A DNA stretch of 64,000 nucleotides from Bdellovibrio sp. GTDB lineage: Bacteria > Bdellovibrionota > Bdellovibrionia > Bdellovibrionales > Bdellovibrionaceae. The position numbers and the translations under genes were made by a program. The DNA is taken from NCBI GenBank assembly GCA_036677065.1, contig JAKFBS010000008.1, forward strand, positions 1-64,000. The letters are read 5' to 3'. This document shows, in pieces, positions 48,003 through 57,248 of the stretch (the first letter of the stretch is position 1; each line of letters opens with the position of its first letter). The notes under the pieces are model-generated. The model was not told the DNA's origin. It was given only the letters and a program-made list of their open reading frames with translations, and made no database searches.

Positions 48003-49454
48003 ATGAGTGCTTTGGTTTTAAAACCCACAGCCCATGTTGTCGATGTTCTCGGCAATGTAATTGGCCGGGATCAGCCAATTCTTCGTATGGAGAAGGCCTT
48101 AGAAATGGTTTCTGTATTGGGCGAAGATGTTTTTTCCGACGACAATGTCGTTTTTTTTGATCCATTTTGCAAAGCTGGCGAGCTACTTTTGGCTTGCGCA
48201 TTTCATAGTTGTTGGTCCAAATCCAAAGGGAAATCCCAATTGTTGGATATGGAAATGGTCTTCAAAGAGATTTACCAATCCAATCGTTACTATGGACTTG
48301 CCCCAGACGAAAGACATCACCGTCTTAGCATGAGAACATTTTTAGGAAACACCCATTCTCACAACGAATCATTTAATCAGATTATTCGAGACGGGCATTA
48401 CTTATCAGAAATCGACGGAAGATTAGATAAAGAAAAATTTGAAAAGGAGTTCATTTCTATGATCGATTACATTGACCAAAAATCTAAAGGTAAAAAAATT
48501 ATTGCCGTTGGCAACCCACCTTACCAGGAGAATGATGGGGGTCATGGAGGTAGTGCAAAAGCGGTTTATAACTTGTTTACTGAAGCTTTGATGGATTCAG
48601 AAAAAATATCAGAATTTGTTCTAGTTATACCATCTAGATGGTTCACGACAGGAAAAGGCGCAAAGGATTTTAGAGAAAGAGTTATTAGATCTACTACTAC
48701 TAAAACTCTACATCACTTTCTCAACTCGAAGTCCGTGTTTCCAACTGTAGATGTTCAGGGCGGTGTCTGTTTCTTTCATCATAAGTCAGACTACAACGGA
48801 GAAACCCAGTTTATCATGGACGGAAGTTCAACGATGGTAAATCTAGGAAGATTCGATATTATTCTAGATGATCCAAATGGCTATGATCTTATTGCTAAAG
48901 TCAAAAAACACTGGTCTGGTGATTTTGTGTCAAAAATTGCATGGACAGTCAGACCCTGGGCTATTCGCACATATTACTTTGAAAGAAAGAAGCCACTACC
49001 TGATGGGCATAAGAATGCAGTGCCTTGCTTTTCCAAGCGAAGAAAAATAATGAATGCCGACATAAAAGATATACCAAAAAATATTGATAAAATTGAAGAA
49101 TGGAAAGTCGCTGTTCCGAAAGGCTATTCGCTTGGATCTCGCCGAGTTACTTTACCAACGACTCAATTTTTCATTGTTCCGAAGGGACACATTACGACCG
49201 AAACATATAATATCGTTGGATCATTTAAGAAGAAATCAGAAGCTGAAAACTTCAGAAATTATCTTGCAACTAACTTCGGTAGGTATTTCTTAGGACTTAG
49301 AAAGGTCACGCAAGATATATACAAAATGCAGTGGGACTGGATACCGTTGGTTGATGTTTCGCAAGAGTGGACTGATGAAAAACTCTTTAAGATGTTCAAA
49401 ATTACCAAAGAAGAGCAAGAGCATATTGCGAAGAAATTAAAAGAGTGGTCATAA
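48003..49454 (+). CDS. Eco57I-like N6-adenine DNA methyltransferase with TRD
   Basis: FFDPFCKAGE, VGNPPYQ, VIPSRWF, VFPTVDVQGG. Confidence 0.85.
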   Translation: MSALVLKPTAHVVDVLGNVIGRDQPILRMEKALEMVSVLGEDVFSDDNVVFFDPFCKAGELLLACAFHSCWSKSKGKSQLLDMEMVFKEIYQSNRYYGLAPDERHHRLSMRTFLGNTHSHNESFNQIIRDGHYLSEIDGRLDKEKFEKEFISMIDYIDQKSKGKKIIAVGNPPYQENDGGHGGSAKAVYNLFTEALMDSEKISEFVLVIPSRWFTTGKGAKDFRERVIRSTTTKTLHHFLNSKSVFPTVDVQGGVCFFHHKSDYNGETQFIMDGSSTMVNLGRFDIILDDPNGYDLIAKVKKHWSGDFVSKIAWTVRPWAIRTYYFERKKPLPDGHKNAVPCFSKRRKIMNADIKDIPKNIDKIEEWKVAVPKGYSLGSRRVTLPTTQFFIVPKGHITTETYNIVGSFKKKSEAENFRNYLATNFGRYFLGLRKVTQDIYKMQWDWIPLVDVSQEWTDEKLFKMFKITKEEQEHIAKKLKEWS

Positions 49455-49457
49455 AAA

Positions 49458-51923
49458 ATGGAACAACTCGAACTCTATGCTTATACAACCGAAGAATACA
49501 TAAAAAAGGGTTGGATTAAGGTAGGTCATACAAAAGTCGGTGAAGAGCGGATTTGGAATCAGTTTGGGACATCCAATCCGGAGAATCCCGACTACCAAAT
49601 GATTGGCCTACTTACAGAGGGCTTTCGGGATCACCATATTCATGCTCAACTAATAAAAAATGGTTGTAAGAAAATCGAGAATGTACCAGGCCAAGAGTGG
49701 TTTGAAGCAAAAAATAAAAGTGATCCATTTAAAGATGTCCGCAGGGCTTATAACGAAATTGTAAATGGAAGCTCAAGAACTGAACACTACAAACTTCGCA
49801 AAGAACAATTGGGAGCCATAGATAAAGCAAGTAAATGGTTTAGTAAAGAATATCCCGCTGAAGTTATCGGTTCAGCGACACACTCGAATCGATTTTTAAT
49901 CAATGCTAAGATGAGATTTGGTAAGTGCTTTACCAGCATTCATTTAGCGAAAAGAATTAATGCGCGTAATACATTGATCGTCACCTATAAGCCCGATGTA
50001 ATTGGCGAATGGATTGATACCGTCAATGAACAGGTCGATTTTAATGATTGGACTGGAATTCGAGCAAAGCACAAACCGGACAGGCCCGCTGATCCAAGCT
50101 TAAATGAAGACGGCGAATTCCCACGAACAAGTGGACCCATAGTTTTGTGTGTTTCTTTGCAAGATCTTTGGATTGACGAAGATGGAAATACAAAAGATCG
50201 ACTTCATAAAATTTTAGAAATCGCGTGGGATCTAGTCATTTTTGACGAGGTTCATTATGGAAGTCGTACCGAGCGAGCTAAAAGTATTCTTGAAAAAATA
50301 GTAGGATCAACGACACATCGACTTGATTTGTCAGGAACGCCTTTTAGACTTATTGAGCAAGACGATTTTTCATCTCAGCAAGTTTACACATATAGCTACC
50401 TTGATGAGCAAAAAAATAAAAAAGCAGAGGTTGAAACTGACCCGCAGGAGCTTGGCGAAAAGGTGTATCGACTTATGCCTGACCTCAACATTTCGGCTAT
50501 TGAAATTACAGACGAAGACATTGCTGAACAGCGGGAGACATTCACTACGGACGATATTGATTTTTCTCTAAATAGGCTTTTTGAAACTAATGAAGAGGGA
50601 AAGTTCGTTTATGAAACCGCAGTTGATCACTTTATTGAGGGATTAACAAAGTCAGGACATGAAGCTCGCTCAATCAGCGTATTTGGAAAGCTTGGTTCTC
50701 AACTTGGATGCCCGGGATTAAAAAGGCATACTGTTTGGTGGATTAATCGTGTTGATTCAATCAAAGCGCTGATTGAAAAACTTGAGAATCACCACCACTT
50801 CTCAAAGTTTATTTTAATAAATGCTTCCGGAAGCGATGCTAAAAAATCTGATGACGATGACAAAATCATGGCCAAAGAAAAGTCATCAGTGCAGAAAGCT
50901 ATCAATTCAGCAAATGAAGATCCTACTAAACTAGGAACAATTACTTTCACTTGCGGAAGATTTCTTACTGGGGTCACTATCAGAGAGTGGGATAGTATCC
51001 TCATACTAAATGATATTCAGTCCGCGGAGTCTTATTATCAGGCGATATTTCGAGTTCAATCAGCATGGGTGAATGAAAAGGCAAAAGAGGTATTAAAGCC
51101 TAAAGCTTGGGTTTTCGATTTTGCGATAACTCGGTGTCTGCAAGTAACCTATGGCTGTGCGAGCAATATTGCCGATCAGGTTGATCAACAGGAAAGCTTC
51201 GAACAAAGGGTCGATATAAATAAAGACAATCTCGAAATTATAACTGAAGGTCTTTGCGACACTTTGAACATAAAGCGATTTTATGAAGGTAGCCTGGTCA
51301 GCACACCTACTACCGCTAAGGATATTTTTGAGGTTCTTAATCATGAGGGTTCTCGACTTGCTCTCGCTCGACGAATCACCTCAAATGTTTTAGTGAATTT
51401 TGGAAAATTAAAACTTTTGGAAGAATATCCTCACATACTCGAAATCCTTGAGAAAGTTAAAGGATATCGTACTAGTGAGTTTAGTGCCACAATTGAAGAC
51501 TTCGTGCAAATTGGAAGAGATGCGAGTGATTTAGAGCAAGTAAAAGCTGATCCCAATCTTACTCAAGATGAAAAAGAAAAAATTATCGAGGACTTTGCGG
51601 AAAAGGATCAAGACGAAGAAAGACAAACCAGAAAAAAATGGTATGCAACTCAGATTAAGCGACTCGCTATCTGTATGGCGGATTTCATCTATATGACCTA
51701 CGAACGAGAGTATAATATTGACGATGTCATCCAAACAAAATCTCCTCAGTTTTTTGAGGTAATGACCGGCATTTCCAAGAACGACTTTGTTGAACTTTGC
51801 GATAAGGGTTTTATGAATCGTTTCGCTCTCAATCGCATCGTTAGAGAGTTTCGAGATCAAGAAAACACTTCTATAAGTCCAGAAGAGTACATCCTTGAAA
51901 ATCTCAAAAAAATGGTTTCATAG
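49458..51923 (+). CDS. GIY-YIG (T5orf172-like) nuclease fused to SF2 helicase; restriction subunit-like
   Basis: N-terminal LYAY..IKVGHT..ERI..Q..EWF; KMRFGK (Walker A), DEVH, LSGTP, YYQAIFRVQ. Confidence 0.8.
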   Translation: MEQLELYAYTTEEYIKKGWIKVGHTKVGEERIWNQFGTSNPENPDYQMIGLLTEGFRDHHIHAQLIKNGCKKIENVPGQEWFEAKNKSDPFKDVRRAYNEIVNGSSRTEHYKLRKEQLGAIDKASKWFSKEYPAEVIGSATHSNRFLINAKMRFGKCFTSIHLAKRINARNTLIVTYKPDVIGEWIDTVNEQVDFNDWTGIRAKHKPDRPADPSLNEDGEFPRTSGPIVLCVSLQDLWIDEDGNTKDRLHKILEIAWDLVIFDEVHYGSRTERAKSILEKIVGSTTHRLDLSGTPFRLIEQDDFSSQQVYTYSYLDEQKNKKAEVETDPQELGEKVYRLMPDLNISAIEITDEDIAEQRETFTTDDIDFSLNRLFETNEEGKFVYETAVDHFIEGLTKSGHEARSISVFGKLGSQLGCPGLKRHTVWWINRVDSIKALIEKLENHHHFSKFILINASGSDAKKSDDDDKIMAKEKSSVQKAINSANEDPTKLGTITFTCGRFLTGVTIREWDSILILNDIQSAESYYQAIFRVQSAWVNEKAKEVLKPKAWVFDFAITRCLQVTYGCASNIADQVDQQESFEQRVDINKDNLEIITEGLCDTLNIKRFYEGSLVSTPTTAKDIFEVLNHEGSRLALARRITSNVLVNFGKLKLLEEYPHILEILEKVKGYRTSEFSATIEDFVQIGRDASDLEQVKADPNLTQDEKEKIIEDFAEKDQDEERQTRKKWYATQIKRLAICMADFIYMTYEREYNIDDVIQTKSPQFFEVMTGISKNDFVELCDKGFMNRFALNRIVREFRDQENTSISPEEYILENLKKMVS

Positions 51924-52031
51924 AACTTGGGGATATTTTAAATATCATTTGTGTAATCCAAAGGCTCTTGAGCTCGCACTGGATTTGAAAAAAAATATTC
52001 ACGCGGCGTTATCATTCTGCTTGTAGCGCAG

Positions 52032-52736
52032 CTATCGATTTATTTTGTACAAAGTATATTCGGGCTTCCACTGAGAGTAACTCTTTACGTTTATAAGCCA
52101 AAACTGAAGCTGATCAGTAATTATAGGAATTTTAAGTCTGAAATTATTTTGCTGATTGAGTTCGTTTGCAAACTTAGGGTGATCTCTAAAATTGGTTTCA
52201 ATCATCTCTAAATTATCACTAGCGTCCTCGCCAAACTCACTTAGTAAATTAGTAACTGGTACCTTTGTAAGTTTAACTAGTATTGGTGCGGGTGAAATAT
52301 CAAGCAAAGAGAAGATATGATGATATTTTTTGTACAGTGTCGTTCTAACCCCAGGAACATCTCGCCTTTCAAGTTCCCTCAATAAATCAATTGTGTAGGT
52401 CAATAACTCAGAACCATATTGCTTATCTATTGCATATTGAATTGCTGTTCTTTCTGACGGTGAAATATAGGTATCCCCATGCTGAAAATTCATACCACCT
52501 TTCGTAATTTTTTGATCTACCATTTTTCTAAAACTCACTTCGCGAATTACGAAAGTTTCAAAATCGCTAAGATGGATTTCACTTAGATTTAAAACTTCTT
52601 TAGCAATCTCAAGTATTTTCCAATCTGCTATCGGATTTCGCCCAGCTAATCCGTGATCAATAATACTATCTAAAAACAGACTTGAAGTGCCGTGGTATAG
52701 TGGGATGCTCAATAAACCATTTTCAATTATATTCAT
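52032..52736 (-). CDS. Hypothetical protein with ADP-ribosyltransferase-like motifs
   Basis: LYHGTS..L.SI...GL and YIS.....A..YA, as in H-Y-type ART/Tpt1-like folds. Confidence 0.5.
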   Translation of the reverse strand: MNIIENGLLSIPLYHGTSSLFLDSIIDHGLAGRNPIADWKILEIAKEVLNLSEIHLSDFETFVIREVSFRKMVDQKITKGGMNFQHGDTYISPSERTAIQYAIDKQYGSELLTYTIDLLRELERRDVPGVRTTLYKKYHHIFSLLDISPAPILVKLTKVPVTNLLSEFGEDASDNLEMIETNFRDHPKFANELNQQNNFRLKIPIITDQLQFWLINVKSYSQWKPEYTLYKINR

Positions 52737-52757
52737 ATGTCACCAAATAGTATATCA

Positions 52758-53753
52758 TCAGGCTGCATCTTCTGATTCACAATCAAACAATGATTTTTCA
52801 TCAGAAGTTCTTTTCCAGTTTGCACGTCCGTTAGTGGTCCGTCCCTTTACAACTGCTCCTGCCGCAGACGGTGATTTAAATTCCAAATCTCTAATTGTCT
52901 GAAATAGGTTTGGATTTGAAGCAGCTTTAACGGCATTTGAATTTACGATTTGTTTCCAAAGTTCGAAGTAGGAACTTTCTGGAAAACTATCAACAACTTC
53001 TTTTCGAATAAACGAACCGGCTTTTAATATGAACGAACCGTTATCTACTACCATTGTTGCTTTTTCGCCGTTTATGCACGTTTCACGTGGCAGGTTCATG
53101 TAAAATTCCATTCCATGGGTGACGTCGTAGTTTTTCTTGAAGTGATTGGGCGACTCACTTACTTCGGTTACGTTTTCTGAAATTGCAATTACATTGAATA
53201 ATCCAAGTCCGAGAGTTTCTAACGTGAAAATCATGTTACTAGCGAATTCTTCCATGGCACACATATCGGGCTCAGGTAATTTCGATCCAGGCGGAACTCC
53301 TTCATTCATTACTTTCAAAGTAGAAACTGATTGATTTGCGAGTTGATACATTTTGCTCTCAAGATATCGAACATGTGCTTTTGTTAAATCTCTACTTAAA
53401 AACACAATGAATGTATCCCACCAGTCTTTACTAGTGTGTTGATTCATTCTTTGTGACACCGTATCTGTTTCTCCAATATAAATATCTGTTAGTCCAGATT
53501 CTTCATTAGTACGAAGTAAAAAATAAATGCCGGTCTCAGTAAGCTCAGGAATATCTCTTAACTGTTTGAGATGGCTACGATTTCCTGTAAAAGCTTTACC
53601 GCTCCAATTAACCATTTCAATACTTCTAAGTGATCTTGGTGTATTTCCACGAACGTAAATTTTGATAATTTTCCCAGTTAAACTCATAGTGCCCATTTCG
53701 GAGTTTTTAGGCACGTTATTTAAAATAACGTAGTCCCTTGCGTATTTTATCAT
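52758..53753 (-). CDS. GIY-YIG nuclease with DUF4357-like C-terminal domain (start probably 53687-53696)
   Basis: GIYFL...IYIGET..R..QH...YLE; C-terminal FKSPSAAGAVVKGRTTNGRANWK. Confidence 0.85.
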   Translation of the reverse strand: MIKYARDYVILNNVPKNSEMGTMSLTGKIIKIYVRGNTPRSLRSIEMVNWSGKAFTGNRSHLKQLRDIPELTETGIYFLLRTNEESGLTDIYIGETDTVSQRMNQHTSKDWWDTFIVFLSRDLTKAHVRYLESKMYQLANQSVSTLKVMNEGVPPGSKLPEPDMCAMEEFASNMIFTLETLGLGLFNVIAISENVTEVSESPNHFKKNYDVTHGMEFYMNLPRETCINGEKATMVVDNGSFILKAGSFIRKEVVDSFPESSYFELWKQIVNSNAVKAASNPNLFQTIRDLEFKSPSAAGAVVKGRTTNGRANWKRTSDEKSLFDCESEDAA

Positions 53754-53815
53754 TTCGAGACGTCATAATGCATTTTAACGATATTATTTTTTGCTGACAG
53801 CTATTTCGTTTATAA

Positions 53816-54241
53816 TTGAATGTTAGTGCTCGCATCAGTCGGGTTGAGAGGGTATGCATTATGGTTAGTTCTTTTTTTAATACAGTTAAACACTTTTCTC
53901 AGAATAAAATTAACGAAGTGAAAAGATATTTTTCTTCAGATCTATTCGAAGATGATTTAGATTTTTTAATAATTAATTTACAAATGTTTGATGTGGATTT
54001 AGAAGTCCCAGATTTTTCAAAACTAAATAAGCGAAAGCGAATAAATAGAAAAATAAAATTAGTTCAATCTAGCTTCAACCGGTTAAACATCACTTACGGA
54101 ACTATAGGCTTCGTACTAGGGGCAAAATTCGGTGGACCTAAAGTAGCTGGCATCGGCGCTTTGTTAGGTAGTGGAATCTTTGCTACTTGTTTGATCGCCA
54201 CACTAATGAATAAACATGAACTGGAAATTGTACCTGTTTAA
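53816..54241 (+). CDS. Hypothetical membrane protein
   Basis: Gly-rich hydrophobic C-terminal hairpin; start uncertain. Confidence 0.45.
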   Translation: MNVSARISRVERVCIMVSSFFNTVKHFSQNKINEVKRYFSSDLFEDDLDFLIINLQMFDVDLEVPDFSKLNKRKRINRKIKLVQSSFNRLNITYGTIGFVLGAKFGGPKVAGIGALLGSGIFATCLIATLMNKHELEIVPV

Positions 54242-54282
54242 AAAAAATTGCTCGGGCACGCGAATCCAATCCCAAAAACCTA

Positions 54283-54600
54283 CTACTCCCCAAAATCCCC
54301 ATCATCCCGCGGATCATACCCATCATCACCACGACGAACAGGTCCAACCCAACCCTCAGGTGCGCCACCAAAGCGCCAGTAATACAATTCCTCAACCTCA
54401 AGGCGAGCCCATTCCATCTTACGCAAAAAAATCAAACTAGATTTCAAACTGGGGTTCTCGTTAAAACAACGAATATAAATCTTCTGACCAAGTTCAGACC
54501 AACCATACTCTTCAACAAGATCGCGAACCATCTTTTCTAAAGTAATACTAGCAGCAGGATATTTGTTATTGCGAGGTTTAGGTAATTTACGGTCGTTCAT
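54283..54600 (-). CDS. VF530/DUF2132-family protein (second paralog)
   Basis: ITLEKMV..LVEEYGWSEL...CFNENPSLKSSLIFLRKMEWARLEVE. Confidence 0.85.
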   Translation of the reverse strand: MNDRKLPKPRNNKYPAASITLEKMVRDLVEEYGWSELGQKIYIRCFNENPSLKSSLIFLRKMEWARLEVEELYYWRFGGAPEGWVGPVRRGDDGYDPRDDGDFGE

Positions 54601-54627
54601 TGTTAAACCTGAAAAAGAAGAAAAATT

Positions 54628-54703
54628 TGGATGGGGTAGGAGGACTTGAACCTCCGAATGATAGAATCAAAATCTATTGCCTTACCAACTTGGCGATACC
54701 CCA
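54628..54703 (-). tRNA. tRNA-Gln (anticodon TTG), CCA encoded
   Basis: Minus strand TGGGGTATCGCCAAGTTGGTAAGGCAATAGATTTTGATTCTATCATTCGGAGGTTCAAGTCCTCCTACCCCATCCA folds into a cloverleaf with U1-A72. Confidence 0.95.
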
Positions 54704-54755
54704 ACTGTCGAATGACGTGATCCACAAGTTAAATAAAAACAGCAGGTAACGCAAG

Positions 54756-54794
54756 AAAAAATAAAGCCCAAACTTAACTGAATAAGCTTGGGCT
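54756..54794 (-). terminator. Intrinsic terminator downstream of spoVG
   Basis: agcccaa..ctta / taag..ttgggct stem with a U-run on the minus strand. Confidence 0.65.
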
Positions 54795-54978
54795 GGGTGT
54801 TCTATGGGGTGTATCTGGAAAGTTTATTGAGCAGGGTCTTTCTTTTTACTTGTGTCTTCACGAGGTGCTATAATTCTGACCACATCTAAACTTGGAATTC
54901 TCCCCCTATTGCATGCCTATCGGGCGACTTTAGTAACTCGGGCTTTCACCCAAGAGACTGACGAACCTTGCGGAACGC

Positions 54979-55299
54979 TTAATCATCACCTTGATAGGTA
55001 TGCGGAGTTTTCTGCCGTTTTAATGTCGTCAGAGTTTCTCCCATAGAACGTAGCTCATTTTCATAAGCCTCAAATACTAAATTTTCAATCGTTTCTCGGG
55101 TTTCTTGATTTAACGGATGCGCTATATCACGAAACTGGCCATCTTTACGCTTTTTGCTGGGCATGGCCACGAATAAGCCGCCGGGCCCTTGGATGACCTT
55201 TAGATCACGTACAACGAAACAATTTTCGATGGTGATCGTTACGTATGCCTTTAATCGATCCTCGTTAACCGGAAAGATTTTTACTTCTGTGATTTTCAT
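54979..55299 (-). CDS. spoVG: SpoVG-family nucleic-acid-binding regulator (probable start 55299)
   Basis: MKITEVKI...LFVAMPSKK..DGQFRDIAHPLN. Confidence 0.95.
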   Translation of the reverse strand: MKITEVKIFPVNEDRLKAYVTITIENCFVVRDLKVIQGPGGLFVAMPSKKRKDGQFRDIAHPLNQETRETIENLVFEAYENELRSMGETLTTLKRQKTPHTYQGDD

Positions 55300-55368
55300 G
55301 GTGCCCTTCTTTAAGCCGTATTTCGCCGTGTTGGCTTGCGCCTTCATGACTTACTGTATCTACGTCTA

Positions 55369-55396
55369 GTATCGGGACCATGGTCTTGAGACTTTA
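55369..55396 (-). promoter_or_regulatory. Possible sigma28 (FliA) promoter upstream of spoVG
   Basis: Minus strand TAAAGTCT-N12-CCCGATAC versus consensus TAAAGTTT-N11-GCCGATAA. Confidence 0.4.
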
Positions 55397-55501
55397 AAAA
55401 AAATTACGCACTGAGATGAAAAAAAATCGCCAAAGTGTTTAGTCGTCTAAAACTTAAACACTTTGAGACAGTTTGTGGGTTACATAATTTTTATTGAGGA
55501 A

Positions 55502-56965
55502 TTATTTAAGATCGAAAGTGATCGCCGTAATACCACGGCCGCGGGCTACACGAATCGTGTTCGTGCCTTTTTTAATCGCCTTAATCGCTTGATCGGCGCT
55601 GGTCGGTTCAGTTTTATTAATCCCCAAAATCACATCACCCACACGAAGGCCAATGGCACTGGCAATAGAGCCACGATCAATCCAAGTGATCATCGGGTTT
55701 TTTACAGACGGCTCTAAGTTATAATCCTGTCGTAAAGCCTCAGTCATATCTGAAATTTTAACCCCGAAATTATACGGAGTATTGGTATTCGTCGAAGCTT
55801 TCGGGGCATCTTGTGGTTCGCTGTCTTGTTTTTGAAAAAGACTTAACAGTTTTTTCTCAGACGGGCGCTCATCAGCTGTTACATCAAAGTTCAAATTTTT
55901 ATCATTACGTAAAACTTTAAACTTAGCTTTTTTACCCGGTTCAAGATCGGCGATCGTGTTCATTAAATCTTGCGCGTCGCGAATTTTTTTACCGTTAATT
56001 TCTTGAATGATATCGTAAACTTTCATTCCCGCTTTTTTAGCTGGGCCGTTGCCTAAACCTAAAATCGCGCCGCCACGATATTCATCTAACCCCATCGCTA
56101 TGGCCGCACGGTAATCTAAATCACCTGGCTGAATGCCGATATAGCCTTTAGCTAACTGTTCGCCTTTTTCTAAAGCCGGAATAATTTTTTTAACTTCATC
56201 AATCGGAATCGCAAAACCAATGCCTTGGGCGCGCGCATCGATTGCCGAATTTACCCCGATCACAAAACCTTTGGCGTTGACCAGTGGGCCACCAGAATTA
56301 CCCGGGTTAATCGAAGCATCAGTTTGAATTAACGGAAATTTATTGATCTCGTTAATTGATCTGCCTTTTGACGAGATAATCCCTTTAGTCATTGAATGGC
56401 CGTGGCCGTAAGGGTTTCCGAACGCTGCAACCCATTCGCCGACTTGTGCATCTTCTGATGAGCCCATTGCAACCGCTGTTAATTTCACATCAGCTTTGAT
56501 TTTAATAAGAGCGATATCTGAACGATTATCGCGGCCGATCACTTCGGCTTTATAAGTTTTTTGATCGTTTTCGGCTAATTGCACTTCGACGATATCAGCA
56601 CCTTCAACCACGTGATTATTAGTTACGATTAAACCATCTTCGCGGATGATAAAGCCGGTTCCAAGGCCCATGCGGCGTGGTTTACCCGGTTGTTGCTGCT
56701 GTTGCATCGGTACGCCGTAGAATTGTTCTAACATTTCTAACATCGGGTCGCGGTACATGCGGCCGCGCGGAATCACAGAGGTTGAGATATTGACCACTGA
56801 AGGGTTTATCGCTTTGGCTAATTCAATAAAAAGATTTGCCGGCAGTGGTTCACCCAGTTTTAAAGCGGGTGGAGTTTTTTGAAAGGATTGCGCCGTGACG
56901 TTATGACCTTGAAATACAATGAATGCTGTTATTAGGGCTAATACAACTACAGTTAATCTTTTCAT
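55502..56965 (-). CDS. htrA: HtrA/DegP-family serine protease with two PDZ domains
   Basis: TNNHVV, SDIAL, QTDASINPGNSGGPL, two PDZ domains. Confidence 0.95.
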   Translation of the reverse strand: MKRLTVVVLALITAFIVFQGHNVTAQSFQKTPPALKLGEPLPANLFIELAKAINPSVVNISTSVIPRGRMYRDPMLEMLEQFYGVPMQQQQQPGKPRRMGLGTGFIIREDGLIVTNNHVVEGADIVEVQLAENDQKTYKAEVIGRDNRSDIALIKIKADVKLTAVAMGSSEDAQVGEWVAAFGNPYGHGHSMTKGIISSKGRSINEINKFPLIQTDASINPGNSGGPLVNAKGFVIGVNSAIDARAQGIGFAIPIDEVKKIIPALEKGEQLAKGYIGIQPGDLDYRAAIAMGLDEYRGGAILGLGNGPAKKAGMKVYDIIQEINGKKIRDAQDLMNTIADLEPGKKAKFKVLRNDKNLNFDVTADERPSEKKLLSLFQKQDSEPQDAPKASTNTNTPYNFGVKISDMTEALRQDYNLEPSVKNPMITWIDRGSIASAIGLRVGDVILGINKTEPTSADQAIKAIKKGTNTIRVARGRGITAITFDLK

Positions 56966-56990
56966 AATACAGAGTCCTTTTTTGTTAGGC

Positions 56991-57239
56991 CTACTTTACA
57001 GAGATGAATTTATTTTTCAAATCTGTAATAACTGCGTCTAAGAAATTGGCTTCGTCGGCAGTTAAGTTATTTTTTGTTTTGTCTTTTAATAAAGATAATA
57101 AATCGATATTAAATCGGGCTAAAGGTTTATCGACTTCGGTTTTGCCAGTTTGTGGGTCTGCCTGCAAACCCATGGCCATAGCTGCTGATGAACCGATTGA
57201 CATAATTAATACGTTAAATGACGCTTCCATGTTTTCCAT
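56991..57239 (-). CDS. DUF1844-family protein
   Basis: ARFNIDLL..LKDKTKNNLT..E..FL pattern. Confidence 0.8.
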   Translation of the reverse strand: MENMEASFNVLIMSIGSSAAMAMGLQADPQTGKTEVDKPLARFNIDLLSLLKDKTKNNLTADEANFLDAVITDLKNKFISVK

Positions 57240-57248
57240 ATGATCCTT

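Noticed and set aside
54216..54440. His/Pro/Gln-rich plus-strand ORF
   Set aside because: Antisense of the Gly/Asp-rich tail of the VF530 paralog, which explains its composition.
54795..54978. 6S, SRP or RNase P RNA
   Set aside because: No diagnostic conserved motifs were recognised; left as an unclassified structured region.
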